Positions 26,690-39,774 of a stretch of DNA of 64,000 nt are shown here, one piece after another. Location of the stretch: assembly GCA_977030845.1 (NCBI GenBank), contig OZ365110.1:28954001-29018000 (forward strand), written 5' to 3'. Position 1 is the stretch's first letter. Every line of letters begins with the position of its first letter. The stretch comes from Fimbriosthenelais zetlandica (Eukaryota). The notes beneath the pieces were generated by a model. That model did not search any database. It was not told the origin of the DNA and saw only the letters and a list, made by a program, of their open reading frames with translations. The position numbers and the translations under genes are program-made.

Positions 26690-27110
26690 GCTGGTGACGT
26701 TTTTGTCCGCCGTCCGCGTCTGATAAGATAGTGAAATTCTCCCTTCCTGAATTTCCGGTATACCCCAGCCTGTAATAAGCATCCGGAAGTGAGTCCCAGT
26801 TGGGGCATGCGCATTCAGGCGGAGCCAATCTCCTTACAGAGAAAATGAAGCAGTAAATGAAGCTGGGGAAGGAGAGAAATCTTGCTCCATCCTATCGGAT
26901 GAGGCCATTAAAACGCGAACGCTGAGTCATTGAGTCTCTCGCGTTGAGCGCTATTGTCACGAATGCCGAGCGTCTCTCGTTTCAAAACCTAAGCGGACGA
27001 CACAAGTTATTTCCCGCCACTTTACTCGCACACCAAGATTGCCGCAGGAAACTCCAGACGCGTGGGATTACATTTGTAAGACGAGTTAAATCCAATCTGG
27101 ACGCGGGAAA
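26690..27110. promoter_or_regulatory. CpG-rich promoter-like motif cluster inside intron 3
   Basis: ETS TTCCGG 26753 and CCGGAAGT 26783; NRF1-like GCATGCGCA 26805; GC box GGCGGAG 26818; CCAAT 26825; E2F TTTCCCGCCA 27010 and CGCGGGAAA 27102. Confidence 0.4.
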
Positions 27111-28132
27111 CATACATTATGCCACCGTGATGGGGTGCTCCTCTTCCTCCCCGCTTAATATCGTTACGTGATTCGCATTAGTGTTCAGCATAGACAGAGG
27201 CGAACGAAAAGGAGCAGCTCAGAAAACCTACCCTGGCCATGCAATGAGCAGATCTTGGTGTAATTCACAGAATTAGCTGCTCTATTACTGGCTACTTCCA
27301 AGACGCTTTCAGGGTGCGATAAGGTAGATTCTTCCCCAGTATGACCTCCTTTTTCTAAGCCAAGATAAGGATTAGCAACAAATGGCCTGCAGCAATTCCC
27401 AATACTCATCAAATTCACATTAAACAATGCTCACGCATGCCTGCCCCTAACTTCCTTTCATCATTGAATGCCTTATATAGAAACCGTGAAATAAAGAAAT
27501 CAAGGAAAGAATCTTTTTGGCAATGATCTTCTCAATGAAACTTTTCAGCAATGCTGATCTCTAAGCATTCGTTTAATAGTAAAATTTTACTTATCTCAAT
27601 ACCTTGGCAATGAAAACAGTCTTTCGTGATTGCCAGGAACTTTAAGGGCTTTACCAACCTTATGCCAAAAGTAATACAATATATTGCGGAAATGGCAAGT
27701 GAGTATTTTGACACTGGATTAAGCCCTCTACTACGTTATTGGGATGAAAAATGGAGGAAGCTATCTCGCTGGGAAACAAACTGAAGCCTGCCTTCTCTGC
27801 GCGTATGATGCTCATATCGCCGAAAGTAATGTTGTCTCAGAGCTTTACGCCTCCTCTGAATCCCTCCATCTCCCTCCTCTGTGAGATATGTGAATTGTTG
27901 ACAACTGCCATTTTTTCACCCATCCCCGTCTTTCCTGGTAACTCATACTTCTGTGGCTATATGGGCTGTTGGTATTTTAAAATCTCTTTGTATAAAATTT
28001 AATATGACCTAGCTCGAGGAACATTCGAGGTTCATTCATATCATGCTAGCATCTAAATTGGTTAAAACCACTAGTAGTGACTTAACGTTCATTTCGATTC
28101 TGTTCTCACATACTTTACACTTTCTATTCCAG

Positions 28133-28285
28133 TCATTGGTTGTCCTACGATCAGGGCACCACTTGGTGGTACCGTCAAGCGTGAGGGACAACATGTGACC
28201 ATTCGTTGCAACCAATCAGAGGAGGTCTGGTACATGACTTGTCGTGACAACCATTGGGTCGGCGAACAGGGCAACTGTAGTCTAG
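28133..28285 (+). CDS. Exon 4: sushi/CCP-like domain
   Basis: tttctattccag acceptor; G|GTACG donor. Translation VIGCPTIRAPLGGTVKREGQHVTIRCNQSEEVWYMTCRDNHWVGEQGNCSL has 4 Cys and the C-x-x-x-x-W pattern. 153 nt, phase 1-1. Confidence 0.88.
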
Positions 28286-29479
28286 GTACGACATCTCCGA
28301 CCTCTCTCACAGGTTCGATATATTAGTCTTATCTGGCTCATATCGACCTAGATAGAGGGTGTTATAGATTTGTTCTGCTATCTCCAACCCACAGCCAAAA
28401 GTCCTAATATCATCTGACAACAATCCAGACAAACCTAACAAACCCTAACCAAATGTTTTCTCCATGACGTTTTTCAAAGGAAAAATATTTAATTTTAAAC
28501 AAATATTGTTTATATCTCCGTAGAGTAGTATTAGTGTCTTTATGAAAAGGAAATCCACTTTTGCTTTGGGTTGGATTAAGCAGAAGTAGACCGTGCATAT
28601 CGTATAGCATTGATCAATGTTCCATCTGTTATATCCGCAGTAATTTGTTAGATATCAGACCATTTAATCAATACATGCTGTGCACCTTGTACGTACATAC
28701 AATACCTGTCAGTGTTTAATTCCATTTGTCATCAATTTCGGACTTGAATTGATTGCCTATAGACGATATACGAGTGCCTATACATTAGGCTAACTTCAGT
28801 TCATTTTAAATGTACCCGCATTTACCCTTCAATTCTGAGATCATTCATAATGTTCCTGACAGATTTTATGATTTAACTATTCAACATTTTATTTTTTCAC
28901 TGCAGTTTGCTTCAATTTTCTGCTGTATTAGTGTTTTTAGCCTTAGGCGTTGTAGTTTGCTATATCTATATCCCTGTCCAACAAAAGTATGATCAATGTA
29001 ATCCATGAAAACTCCCATCATACATCATGAATTTTCAATGCATTCTATGACAGTTATCACAGAGACTCAGCCCATTTAGTTACGCCAGACGGTCGCGTAC
29101 TGTTTTACACGAATGAGTCAGTGGCGTTCTGTTTTACCACCCCCTGTCCTGCCCTCTGCTGGCGGATTCTGAATTAGATTGATATGATGGCGCGATAGAA
29201 GCATTGACAAAGTGGACCGGAACTGCTGTCAGACAGCAACCAGAGATAAAGCTGGCATCATGCTTAATTATCTCAGTGATAAGGCATGTTTAAAAAATCA
29301 AACATCATCATGAAGGCTGCATAGCGTTTAATCACGAGTTGATTCTCACGTGAAAACATGTCGTAAAGTGGTCACTGACCTATATAAGAGAAAATATATA
29401 CATATTATACATATGGTCTCTGCCGAAGGTAACCAACACCCACATACACAAAGAGAACCACATTTCAGAAGCATGTTAG

Positions 29480-29750
29480 CAAGGTTAAGTCTATGGCTAA
29501 AACCAACACAACCTAGGCCCACCTCAAAAGCATTATTGGCAATGCTAAGGCTAAAATGACTAAAAGCAATAGCCCCTACCAACACAAATTTGGAATCCAT
29601 TTGAAGAGCAATAATCAGCAAAGGTTAAAGCTAAAATCAACATCATCTACGAACATAAACCTTTAATCCACCTCAAAAGCAACACTATCGATGCAAAAGC
29701 TAGAGGGAAAACCTGGGTAAAACCTAGAACCTATCTCAAAAGGAATGTTG
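29480..29750 (+). repeat. Highly degenerate minisatellite-like array (about 60-80 bp period)
   Basis: Recurring cacctcaaaagc / catttgaagagc / cacctcaaaagc / tatctcaaaagg at about 29520, 29600, 29670 and 29732. Confidence 0.45.
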
Positions 29751-29801
29751 TATTAGCAATGCCATAGCTATGCTGGACAGACTTTGACCCGCTCATGGGT
29801 A

Positions 29802-29866
29802 CTGGGGTCTGTTTCAGAACAAACGTTAAGTTTATGGGAAATTTTTACGCTGAAACAGGCCCCTGG
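29802..29866. mobile_element. Short hairpin MITE, copy 2 (CTGGGGTCTGTTTCAG...CTGAAACAGGCCCCTGG)
   Basis: Inverted ends; the left end matches copy 1 beyond the TIR (ctgggacctgtttcaaaacaaatctta vs ctggggtctgtttcagaacaaacgtta). Confidence 0.6.
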
Positions 29867-32800
29867 TCACCACTTCACCTTGATTATGTGCAGGTGTTTA
29901 TACTGCCAATGATTCATGCTGTGTCAAATAAAACAGTCAGTCTAGTAGTCTATTGAAATATGAAACGATACATGGATAAATGAAATATGTTCGAGTGTCA
30001 GAACGTGATGTAAACTAAGCTAAATAGAAAAGTGATCCCTTTACTGAAAGTATTATACATAATTATTCCCTATGGCACGATCATGAATTATTTCGAATTC
30101 ACTATTTATAACACAGTTGCAAGCACCTGTAATAGTTGGGTATATATATTCTTGGATAAGCTGAACTCGTCCAGTTTTCAATGGTAGAAATTACGAGGCA
30201 GGAATGGCAGTCTCATTATCCCGTTTGCCCTGCCGACCTTTCCCTCTGTAGGAGCCTGTGAGAAGGTCGGCTATTAAGCTTTGATACTCTACAGGCGCAT
30301 CTCATGGTCAATCTCGCTGTAAATGGACGCGTCTCCATGACGGTCGGCCGAAGACAGCCTCCTAATTAGGTGCTGCATCAGGGGATTTGGTTTTCGAATT
30401 GACCTGTCCATCAGTCGTCTATCACTGCCATACATATAGATTATACAGCCAAGATATATTGCGCTTTTAGTGTCTATGAGCAATTTAGTATATTTAGTAT
30501 GAATGACCCACCTATTACATTATGAACCACAGTGATGCATTTGTCCATGACTGCTGGATATCAGAAATAGAATGTGTCAGATTCCGGACTGTCGGATTCG
30601 GACGTAATATGATAATGAAGTATAAACCATGCCTTATTATACGTATCATAATATAGCTCTATACAAGCAAGTAGTATATGAGAGTGGAAATTGGAAGAGT
30701 GCTGAAATGTATAAAAGCAGTAAAGCTGCAATAGGTATCAAGCTCTAATCCAAAACAGAAACTATACAGCTAGGAGGTAGCCTATACGTGTATTGTATTG
30801 TATACTAAGCAAAAGATCTTCTCTCTGGACAAATTACAGTGGTATGTTACATGGGTTGGTTGTGGATTATAATGAAGGGCGATAATGAATGGTTGCTTTT
30901 TCTATAATGAGGTTATCACGCGGAGCACCCAATGCAAGCTCTCCTCTTATCTGACCAAGCATATACCATCAAAGCCTTTAGAAAAGATCATATCGTCCAC
31001 AATCATGTTCATTTTCCAAGATGCCTTTAGCTACATTTTGATAAGATCTCCTTAGTAAGATTCCTCATGGGAGCATGGAGATGCCTAAAGATCATGCCAT
31101 GTAAAAAGCGATATCGGTACTATTAAATATACATGCAATTTAGTCTCAAAGGCTTGACTATATTCTGGCAATAAACTGCAATACATGATATTGCAGGATA
31201 CTGAGGCATAAAGTGCTTACATGTATCTTAACTTTCATTACATGCGGGGAAAAGCCGACTTTTTATCAATATACATGTATGTATTATGGCATGTTGGGGG
31301 GCCTTCTCTATCCGTGTCAATAATGAAGAAAATACATTCTTGCAGTTCATGCATCCCCAATATCGTGTCTGCAAATAAAGGCATTGTTTTCAGAGAGGCC
31401 ATCTTGTACACACAGTTTCAGACTTGGCCGAAATAATATTTATCAATGTTGGCGGTCAGCCGGCCGGCATGGACAAACCTAATGAAGCTCTGCCTGCGGA
31501 GGACAAGCCTGCCCTTTGTATTGTTTCATACTTGTTTATGCCGTCACGCTCAAACGATGAGCACAAACATAAAACCGATTCGGTGGAGGGTATCTTATTT
31601 CATGGCCCTGAGTTTGCCTTAGACAACCTTGACTATGCCTGAGTCATCGATCATATAGGATGTTGGATGTAGGGAGGCCGACTTGTGGGCTGTATTGTCT
31701 GGCAAGTAGGAAGTCCTGCTGTATAGCTTTAATATACTTTACATAAGATACTTTGAAGCAGTTGCTGCCTGTAAATTATGGCCTTTTTTGTAAAGTTTAT
31801 AACAGTCCTTTCATATTCTTTATCAAAGGAAAGGATGTTTACCTAAATCAATCTATTATCAAGATAGGCAGATGCTTACAAGAGTTTTTGGCAAATATAT
31901 TTCCAATTATACATTTTTCAAAGAACTCATACACCCATAGATATCTCCACGAGAACTTTCAGACCGTAACAATAAGTTCTGAGGAACTGAAGTTCGAGAA
32001 AGGAAAGGAGAGCAACAAAGCAGCACAGTAGGGGGTGCCTCTACCGTTGGCTGCGCACCCAGTCTCCTTGTCTTTATTGTTTTAGACATGAATGTATTTT
32101 CTTTGATGTGTCGGATCATTGCTTATTGATAAGTTGGCTAAATATTGATGGGAACTGTTTCATGGTTGTTGGAGATGCACTGGTAGAGCACGGCGAGGGA
32201 GGATGATGTCTTTGAGTAGGGTAAGAGGGTGGAATAATCTTTCAGCATAGGCCTACACGTATTTGTTATGACTTCTAAATTAATATTTGCAACAAGTGCC
32301 TTTGACATAACAAACACACTGAATGTATGGCTTTCTCATCTTCATCCCTTCCCTCCCTCCCTGTTCAGCCCCCATGTAGATCCTGTTTTGCTAAGGGGCG
32401 ATAATTTAGGGAATGGGTGAACTGTTTGCCAGACAAAAAACACAACCAAAGTTTTCACCAATACCCTAGAATCCCAATTCTAGGCAAATGATCAGGGTTG
32501 GGGTGATAGGTCTTATTGTGTTGGGCCTAAATATTTGGTATTGGTTGAATCTAGGTTCAGGACATAAAGGATTTTTATTTATCAGGTAGTGGAACAATAT
32601 GAATATGTCACATTTCAGATTGTAGCACTGAATAATATATCACAGCCTGCAGGACTCGGACTTGTTCAGCCATTTCCATCACCTATAATGTAATTTAGGA
32701 CATGTAAAGGCAACCAGGCTTTGTTTATAACTGCATTGTGAAATTATAACGCACAGAAAATCTAATTCTCGTGTAATTAGCCCAGATCTAAGCATGAAGT

Positions 32801-32998
32801 TGTATGAGGGAAGATTACATTAATTTCCTTAGCCTAGAGCTAGGATTACATTGATAATCTATGGCCCCTTCTTTGACAGACTTAAGCCCTAGATTCATTT
32901 ACTCTATTTTTCCTACGGCTGGCATTATTATCCATTCCACCTCATAAAAAACTCATTTAAAAATATCCATCACATGGTTTACAACCAGGATCGCGTTT

Positions 32999-33118
32999 CA
33001 AAACCAAAATCAGCTAGCTACAATTGCCTATATTCTTTGCGAAACAAACCTCTGGCTCTGGCAAAACCAGAATCAGCTAGTTATAATTGTCTATATTCTT
33101 TGCGAATCAAACATCTGG
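32999..33118 (+). repeat. Two-copy tandem duplication, 57-bp units at period 63
   Basis: caaaaccaaaatcagctagctacaattgcctatattctttgcgaaacaaacctctgg vs caaaaccagaatcagctagttataattgtctatattctttgcgaatcaaacatctgg; 6 mismatches. Confidence 0.9.
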
Positions 33119-36100
33119 TGTGAACTTAAAGGTTTTAAACTTAAAGGCAACTGCATCCAATACGTCCACAAATGAAATAAGATGTTCGACAGCTAAAAAG
33201 AGTTCAAATAGAGAAACCTGCAGAAAGGTTTACTGCAACAATTTATGTGCACAATGAGGCTCCAGTGATAGCATAAACAATGAATGTGGGTTCGCGTCCT
33301 CATGTCTCGTGCATTATTAATTGATTTACCTCTGTCAGTTATCACATCTAATGAACAATATCACGACAAGCAGAGAATGGAAGCCTGACAGGAAGAAGGG
33401 CCATGTTTCGGTCCCATCTCTTCTAATTCTGCTTGTATTAGTGTTCCTGGCTCCACTTGCATTCTGCTAGCGTGTAAATTGGTCCCCTTCTGTCTTCTCC
33501 TCTGCCACCCACCCCTGCCTCACGTCTCACTTGCTCTTCACTGTTTCTGTCTGACCAAGAATGGGGAAATAATGAGATCAGATAGTAACGTTACTATGCT
33601 TTTCCCTGATTGTTCGAAAGGAAATATAAGCTTGTGACCATGCAGGGACACATGCATTATTCAGGCCTTCTGCACTCATATCATCTTCTCTTTTTAAATG
33701 CAGTGGAAATTGCAACTTCCGTATGTCACCATTCATAATTCAAAGTGACATTGATGAATGCATGGAATATAATTCCGAAAAGCCTAAAGTGATATTTATG
33801 AGTCAAACAATGCATAAAAAAGTTGCTCCTTAAGTTCAGTTCCTCATCTCCCAGGAGATGCTTCCACCACACACAAAAGGCATTACCTCAGTCGAACAAG
33901 TCCCTCATGGATATCCCAGCAGTCATTGTCTTGTCCAATATTTGTTGACGGCGAGTGCTTCTTGGGCGTCCGTTGGTAGGGGGAGCTGTCAATCTGTCAG
34001 CACCAGGCGAGGATTGCTCTTCACTACCTCATTCCAATCGCACCACCTCTCTCCCGTCCCAACCCGCACTATAGCTCTCACCCCAAGCTCCACCCATCCA
34101 TCCGCCTTCTCTTCCTTCCCTTTCCCGTAATAAAGTTCACCCTCAACTCCCTATATGTTAAATATTCAATGTGCTGCAGCCATCTACTTTCCTTCAGACA
34201 CTTAGGTGTGTATGGAATTGAGAAACGCCAATGTCACGAGACACGTTTTTCTTCCCAATCCTATAAGACTCAGAACTTATTTAAAAGGATTTTCCTAAGA
34301 ACAGAACGGGCTGTGTTCACCTCCCACTTATGGCTGATATTTCCCCATTACAAGTAACCATAATGGTGCCCAGGGTACCCAAGGTAATCCAAGAAGTTCT
34401 GGATTTAAAATTCAAAGCATCCTAAATTAAATTGCAAGAAAATCTGAATTTCTAATTTTTTCCCAAGAAATCCCCATTAAATCTTATCACAATTGCTTCA
34501 GGCAGGAAGCCAACTGATAGAGGAATAAATGACTGGGATAAAAAAAGAAACTGCTTGAGGGGGAATTCTTTTGCTGTTGTGCTGGAAACGTGCGACAGAC
34601 TCCGATAATTTCATATGGATGTTATGCAGAACGGGCGATGGGCATTCCACTATCACGGGGGCGGGGGCACATATGCTTAACAAGGTTTAAACAGAAGAAG
34701 ATAGGAAATCCTCCATGCTTTACTTCTGTCTGTCACATTTGGCAGCACATCCATCTTAATTTACATCTTAAAGATGTTGCGTGTGTGATTGGGAGGGTGC
34801 TTGAGGCCTACCTCACTGAGCGATATTAGGGTGAGATTCCCCACTCGGGGAAGAAATCAATAAATCTGATGGCATATCGCTCCAGGCATGCTGGCTGAGA
34901 TTTTAAGGAATTATTTCCAATAAGAATTTACGATGAAGCATGAATCTCCAGTAGCTGGCACTTAATTCCTGTTAGTTTTAGGTTTGAAAGATGAGGCGCC
35001 ACCCTCAAGGTTCAAAACTAACTCAGTGGAAGTAGGCTATATATATATGTATACGTCCTTGACATGGGCGATCTTGTCAGAAATCAGGCTCACGTTATTT
35101 TATGTGCGTGCTCTTAAATAGAATGAAAGATTCTTCAATATCTTCAACAACGTCACCATAATCAATCCAGGACTTTATCTCCAGTATTAAAACGATTTTA
35201 CTGAAATAAGCTGAAGGGATAGCTCCAAAGATCTGACGTTATCTTCTGCACAAGCAATGCGCCCAACCGATCATCATCGGTTTGGAAGATCCGCTTTGTG
35301 TACTTTCACCTTCAACCTCCCTTTAATTCAACTTCTCGGAGATGACTCGTTTGTTCTAAATCTGTCTGTCTGTCGGCAGTACATCGTTTGTTGGAACCTT
35401 TCCTAATTCAAACACACTTCTCACAGACCTAAAACACGGCCTGTTATTTATGCATGCTTGGCGGGCCAGATTTCCTCTCTTTCATCCTATTTCCTCCCAC
35501 CTTTGTCAATCACAAAGATAACAAATTAACCGAATTCCAGATCCTATACCAGCTCCTCCCAAGATACGGCCCACCATTTTTCATCTCATTTGCCAAACAC
35601 AAACGGAGCTGGGAGAAAGAGATGGTTCAATCAATATAGAGGTCCCCAGCGAGGGCTATCTTTGTTCTTGAAGCATCTAAGACAGGGGTGAGAGATAGAG
35701 AAGCCAATCCCTGTGTTTAAGTCAGATTTAGCCTCGCTTCTCCGTCCCCTTAACCTGCTCTCCCAAGACTCAACATACACGTTTGGTGAAGAATATTAAG
35801 GTCTCTTTCCACTAGAAATAACTGGCATCATCATTATTTAATGGTTCTAGTTAGAGGTGATTTCAGGGTAGCTATGAGGGTTTGTTGGAATAAATTATAT
35901 TATCGTTACTGATAGTCTAAGTATATGCCTACATATTATTCGGAATTGATGCACTCGATTGCACAGTTGCGGCAATTGTTTCCGACAGAAATTCACCAAA
36001 TATGTCTGTTTTTATCTTTCTGTATTTGCCAGTCTACATATAAATTGATGAAAGTATTTATTATGTATTTTCTCCAAACATAATTTTCTTCAAATCACAT

Positions 36101-36167
36101 AATGTGCTTGAGCACAGTGGTGCATTGGCTTAACTGATCGATCCTTCTCTGTTTGTCTTCCCTGTAG

Positions 36168-36221
36168 CCGGGAGTTGGAATATCGGGACAATATTTGGCA
36201 GCACCGCGTCATTTCCTTACG
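36168..36221 (+). CDS. Exon 5: short stalk exon AGSWNIGTIFGSTASFPY
   Basis: Long pyrimidine tract + TAG acceptor; G|GTAAGT donor. 54 nt, open, phase 1-1; links sushi to TM in frame. Confidence 0.8.
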
Positions 36222-37475
36222 GTAAGTAGACAAGTGTGCACAGGAAGGACTCCTGTCACGGGGTGATGTTAGAAAAACACTGCTCCTAATAGGACCCCAT
36301 CGATAAAATCTTTAAAATGCCCCAGCTAACTTTCTACATCTCTGTTTGTCTTCAGCTGCTCTTTGTCTTAGGTCGCCTTGGTCTTCTGCCAAGCTTAGTA
36401 TGTGTACATATGTGTGTCTCATGCCTGTCTGTCTGTGTCTGTTTAGGGGTGTGAGCTAGTGAGTTTATATTTGGTTGTTAGAGACGAATGGCTGGTCTAT
36501 GTTGGTGGCAATGTTGGATGAGATCTCTAAATGTGTGCGGGAATGGTTGGGGGATGTAGGCGGACGATTAATGAAACTGTCCGACTAAAAAGTGCTCGTC
36601 ATGAAATATATCAAATATTGTGATACAAAAGGGTCATTGAGCCTAACAGATGTAGATATAGTATTATAGGAAATTACTCTGTGCCAATAATCTGTTGTGC
36701 TATAGAAAATGATCTTCTGTTTCCTGATAAAAAGGCATAATGTTTAGGTTATAGATGAAAAAGGAGGTTAGAAATATCACCAGTTTCTCATACATTTTTA
36801 TCTCTAATATGGGATCAGGCGCATCATGACAAGGGAAGTTTCGTCTTATATCACGTTCTAATAATGTAGTGTCCACTGATCAGCCTCCCCTTGATGGTTA
36901 CTATGGATGTAGGCAGATAAGCCTGCCTTCATTTGGTGTAATCAAGCCGTGCTATAATGAATATAAATCACTTTCGTAAGCTTAATTAAGAGTAGAAGGA
37001 GGGATTACAAGTGGGATGCAGATCACAAATTACTCACTGAAGCTTTCTGTTATATATGTACCGGACTAGCGAGTCTAGCCCATAATATCCCAAAGGGTAG
37101 TATAAGATACATCCTCAAGTTCCCGTGGGATTATTCACGATAACTTTATGATCCATGCGAACAAAATCATGATCGGGCTGCCTTTCTCGCATTTCTTTTC
37201 TTTCTGTGATTCAGAATTCCATTTTCTACCAAAACACATTCAGATGTGATCTCATCTCCATCATCCTCCACAATATCTTCCATGTTTTGTAGCATTCATG
37301 TCGATAGTGCTGCCGCCTATAGTGAGTGCGGCGATACTCTCAAACTGGCGAAATGTTCTAAATTCAGCCACCAGGGCGGCTGTACAGAACAGATTCTGAG
37401 AACGGCTTACAATTTAAACACCAGGTGGCACCACTTGATATAGCAATTCATGGTTCCTTCTGCTTTATTTTTCAG

Positions 37476-37563
37476 GAATACTGGTTGTTGTTGCCATAGG
37501 TGTCGCCCTTGGAGTATTCTTTGGTGGGCTTTTGCTGTTTGGAATAAACATTTACATGAAAAG
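37476..37563 (+). CDS. Exon 6: transmembrane helix GILVVVAIGVALGVFFGGLLLFGINIYMK
   Basis: tgctttatttttcag acceptor; AG|GTAAG donor. About 23 uncharged hydrophobic residues followed by basic stop-transfer residues. 88 nt, phase 1-2. Confidence 0.9.
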
Positions 37564-39413
37564 GTAAGGACATTTTTTTAGACGTTCATGTTTCGGTAAT
37601 TAACCATAATTTAACATGACCATTTGTCCGCCCTTCCAAGCATAGAGGGGTGCAATACAAGTATAGATCTATACATACTGTATTCCTATCATGGACTATA
37701 CTCATTAGGCTTATGAACTTTTACCCCATTTATATATAGTTCAATCGCCAGTGTTACTTTGAAAAAGCAGTGCAATTCATTTAATAAGTCCTTTGTGACA
37801 GCAGGCCTTTCTAAAGCACTTCAGAACCTTTTTGGCACCCTGATTGTATGAATAAAACACAATAGTTGGAGTGGTGCCTTGCTTGTAGAGAAACACCTGT
37901 ATTACCCATCGATCCAGCACGTCTCCACGCTAAGAGAGCAGCACTTAAAAAAGACTGCCTCACTGGGCGATTTTTTCCAGGCCACCGACGATCAAAATGA
38001 ATCAGCCACAAAGTGACATTGATCCATACTATCAAGGGTCACAACAACCGCCCACACAGAAATATACTACAACGAAAATAACATTACCATTCCCCGGTAT
38101 TGACAGACAGGGTAAAAATCAGTAGTCTGCAGGAATATATCCAACATATTCCAATATTCCTATAATATTATAGCCACTTCCTGCTGGAAGAATAATGGCA
38201 AGTTGGACTATGGTACATACTTCTTGTATAGTCCATTTCATATTTCATGGGTCAAATATATTGTGGACTCTTGTCCACCTCTGTGGCATTACCGATCAAT
38301 TTCTTGTCTCGATATCTTGTCCACACCCTTCGACGTACATCAAAGTGCCACTTTTTCCGGCTTGAGCCAAGCTACATAATAATTATACTGAATAATTGTT
38401 AGTATTTTTCTATAAAACATTGCCTTAAAATCTGCACTTTAGTACAGAATCTTGTTAAAGACAATGAATCCAGACAGGGGAATGGGTTAATTAATTATTC
38501 TTTACATGGCGACGTTTGCTTTCGCTCTGATCGCCTCCTTGGCATGCACAAGGGGTCAGACTTGGCACTGTTATACAAAGTGCACTCAAGAATGTAAACA
38601 TTTAATGAAAAATGCAGGATCTTCTTTTATGATTTCGGGCTGATATACAGAGGGACACCTGCTAGAATTGGTTCTTTTGTGCCCAAGTCACAACTGAGCA
38701 GAAATGAAGAGAGCCAATTGCCTCTGTGGCGATCCGGCGTTCACATATACACATCTGTTAAATGCCCAGAACAGAGTCTTGTATATCCGCAGTACATCTT
38801 TTTCATTTGACAGAAAGCACTATATGTTGCAGGCTGGAGTTTGCGTTTGCCTTTAAGAGGTGAAGCGTTTTGATGTTGATTCCTACAGTCACCTTTCTTC
38901 ATGGATGGATGAGTTGTCTGTTAGTAGAAGGATCAAACCTTCCAACTCTCTCTATAAGAAGGTCTGAAGCACCAGCTCTGATGATAAACTTGCCTCATCC
39001 CCTTAGGCTATAGATGGAACCCTGGGGAGTACAGACATGTCTAAAACAATTAATCCTTGCTAACACATCAGCCATGACCCTATAAGCTTCCAGTCTTCTT
39101 ATTTATTCTGTTTATAGTGGGTTTTTTGAGAGACTTTGAAGAGAATAGCCTCGTTCAGGGAGGCATAATTGCACTGCAACACTCTAAAAGACGATCCTGT
39201 GGTGCATCAATTCAGACGGTCCTTTATAGCCGTTATGTACCATCTCTAAGCATAATGCTTAATTTCAAGGCTATATATTTTCTTTCGGGACGGTTCGAAG
39301 CAGTAATCTCAGCAGTAAAAGTCATAAATTGTTTATCAAAATGTGCCTTTGCAATACACTTTTTCCATTCCTGCTAGTTTCTTATGGAATTTCTTCTTTA
39401 TTTTTGCCGACAG

Positions 39414-39774
39414 GTCGCGCCATGGACCCACACCGCCCACCACAAGAACCATCGAGGAGGTCTCGGGAACTGACAAGCTGATGGGACCTCCAACTGAATC
39501 TGGCTACTCCTCAGATGTTTTCATTAAATCCAGAAACAGTGGTACATCTACCCTGCCCCTACATTCCCAGGGCGATGAGGGGCTAGAGACTGTCAATGTA
39601 CGGGAATACAAAGGACGAAATGGCTCTGAATTAGCACATGTGCATGTACAAAGTGGTCTAGGAGGTGGTGGGGGAGGACAGTATGGTAGGGCTGGCTACC
39701 CAGTACATCAATACCCCACAGGGACATTAGGGAGACCAGGGGCCCATTTGTATGAAAGTCCTAAATTTTCATGA
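39414..39774 (+). CDS. Exon 7: cytoplasmic tail (R)SRHGPTPP...GRPGAHLYESPKFS*, ending at TGA 39772-39774
   Basis: T-rich tract + CAG acceptor at 39411-39413; AG+G=Arg puts it in frame with the ORF-track ORF 39343..39774. Summed exon lengths are 124+285+402+153+54+88+361=1467 nt = 488 aa + stop. Confidence 0.85.
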
